A program made the translations under genes and the position numbers. This document shows, in pieces, positions 62,694-64,000 of a DNA stretch of 64,000 nt; the first letter of the stretch is position 1, and each line of letters begins with the position of its first letter. Where the stretch lies: positions 264,274,525 through 264,338,524 of the forward strand of contig NC_085841.1 of the NCBI RefSeq assembly GCF_035594765.1, in the 5' to 3' direction. Below the pieces are notes generated by a model that was not told the origin of the DNA, searched no databases, and was given only the letters and a program-made list of their open reading frames with translations. This DNA is from Anolis carolinensis. Taxonomy: Eukaryota.

Positions 62694-64000
62694 TTTGCTT
62701 GAAGGACACTCTTCTGTCTAAGCTCATCTTCTGAAACAGAGTGTGTGGTGGGTTGAGGGCCAATTTTCTAGCCCTGTGGCACTTAGCTGATGAGTACATA
62801 GATTTCCCCTAATGTCAACAACAGAAAGTTGCAGGATTCTGTTTCTGATTTGAAAACTGGACTGTTTTGCATTGAATGTTAAGCATTACAAGATGGTCCT
62901 CCAACATTTTTACAAGTTGAATTGTTGTTCATGGACATTTCCAGGAAATGGAATTCATCCTTTGGGTGGGCAGAAAAAAAGGAATTTGGAGGTGGGCAAA
63001 GGATATGAAAACAGCCTCATAGGCAGTGTGTTTATCTCAGGCCCCATTTCACTCATCCATCTTTTGAAGATAAAGAACCATTGAGAGGGTGAACAGGGGC
63101 TTTTAAACTGCCCATCAGCAGGAAACATCAGGACACAAACCAAACAGATAGAAAAGTCACTCACTTGCAACCTTCCTGTTATGGTGAAATATATTTCTGC
63201 TTAAACTAAAATTATTTTTTATTTATACATATACTCATGGATTCGCACTATACAAACCTATTCCCTTTTTTGGTCATTTCCCCCCCCCCCTCTTTCGGGG
63301 CACAAAATTAGCCCCCTCTATTCAAGGCAGTTCTATACTGGAAAGGGTAGGGATCCTCCAGACTCTCAAGAATGCATACACATTGCTACTGAAGCATTGC
63401 TTCCTCAGGTCTTCACTGTCATTGCGAAGGAAAAGCAAATAAATAAATTGTTCTAGATTTGCTTGAAAAAGGTGGGGTATTTGTTTGTTTTCTTTTTTCC
63501 CCCCATCAAGATGTCAGATTGGTGTACTCTGTGCCCTGCAAAACTTCCTGCAAAAGAACATTGCATGTAGCTTGTGACTCAGGATCGTATATTTGCCTCC
63601 CTTCTATGTTCCTTGCTTTTGGATGAGATCTGTAAACATGGTGTCATCTCTGGCATTATGAGCATGAATTCCAGCTTGTCTCTCTGCAGGATCCCTTGTG
63701 AAAGAGAGATCTGAACCTTACGTCTGTGACAAATGTTGACTTTGATAACTGATCTCATGGGCTGTTTATTTGCATTGATGCTCTGATAGAATTACAAATG
63801 GAGCTGGTACCCTTTGGCTGTGAAGATTGCCTTGTCTATGGATTCAAGCTGCAATCTTGTTTTCTCCTCTGATACTCTTTTTTGGGAAAGAAGCAAACAT
63901 TTGATAAAACGCAGTTGCGCTTAGCTGGCAACCACAAATTAATGTAGGTCATGTCATGGCTGAAATAGAAACTCTCTTGTTCACTTCAGTGGGGAACAGC

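Noticed and set aside
63670-63720. Strong acceptor-like site tctctctgcag|gatc
   Set aside because: The phase-0 frame stops after three codons and there is no tetraspanin similarity.

Overview
Eukaryotic, AT-rich, repeat-dense genomic DNA from a squamate reptile, most likely an Anolis lizard. This is inferred from Sauria SINEs, Anolis SINE2-type elements, Penelope, Dong/R4, RTE and a composite Helitron. The window is almost entirely intronic. The only convincing host coding sequence is one 75-bp phase-0 internal exon (20017-20091, + strand, FFIMLLIIFVLELTVVILFFVYTDK) of a tetraspanin, most likely TSPAN4. No neighbouring tetraspanin exon was recognised, so the flanking introns appear to be >20 kb and >43 kb. 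The rest is a layered transposon landscape: three solo LTRs, an L1-in-L1 nest, CR1/L2/RTE/Penelope/Dong fragments, many hAT, Tc1/mariner, Harbinger and Chapaev MITEs, and composite Helitron and hAT elements. The most interesting observations are: (1) two sequence-distinct Gypsy-type solo LTRs whose U3 carries, from LTR base 2 and in the same phase, an acidic reading frame ending in an HMGN-like (R/C)RSxR(L/I)A motif; (2) an unusually long (~1.9 kb) solo LTR with a well-preserved promoter antisense to the gene; (3) a pre-miRNA-like intronic hairpin; (4) a hAT MITE that has captured local DNA; (5) a microsatellite-spaced tandem array built from CR1 3' ends. Most entries in the ORF track are spurious. 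Family names come from my recognition of motifs, not from database searches, and many repeat boundaries are approximate.
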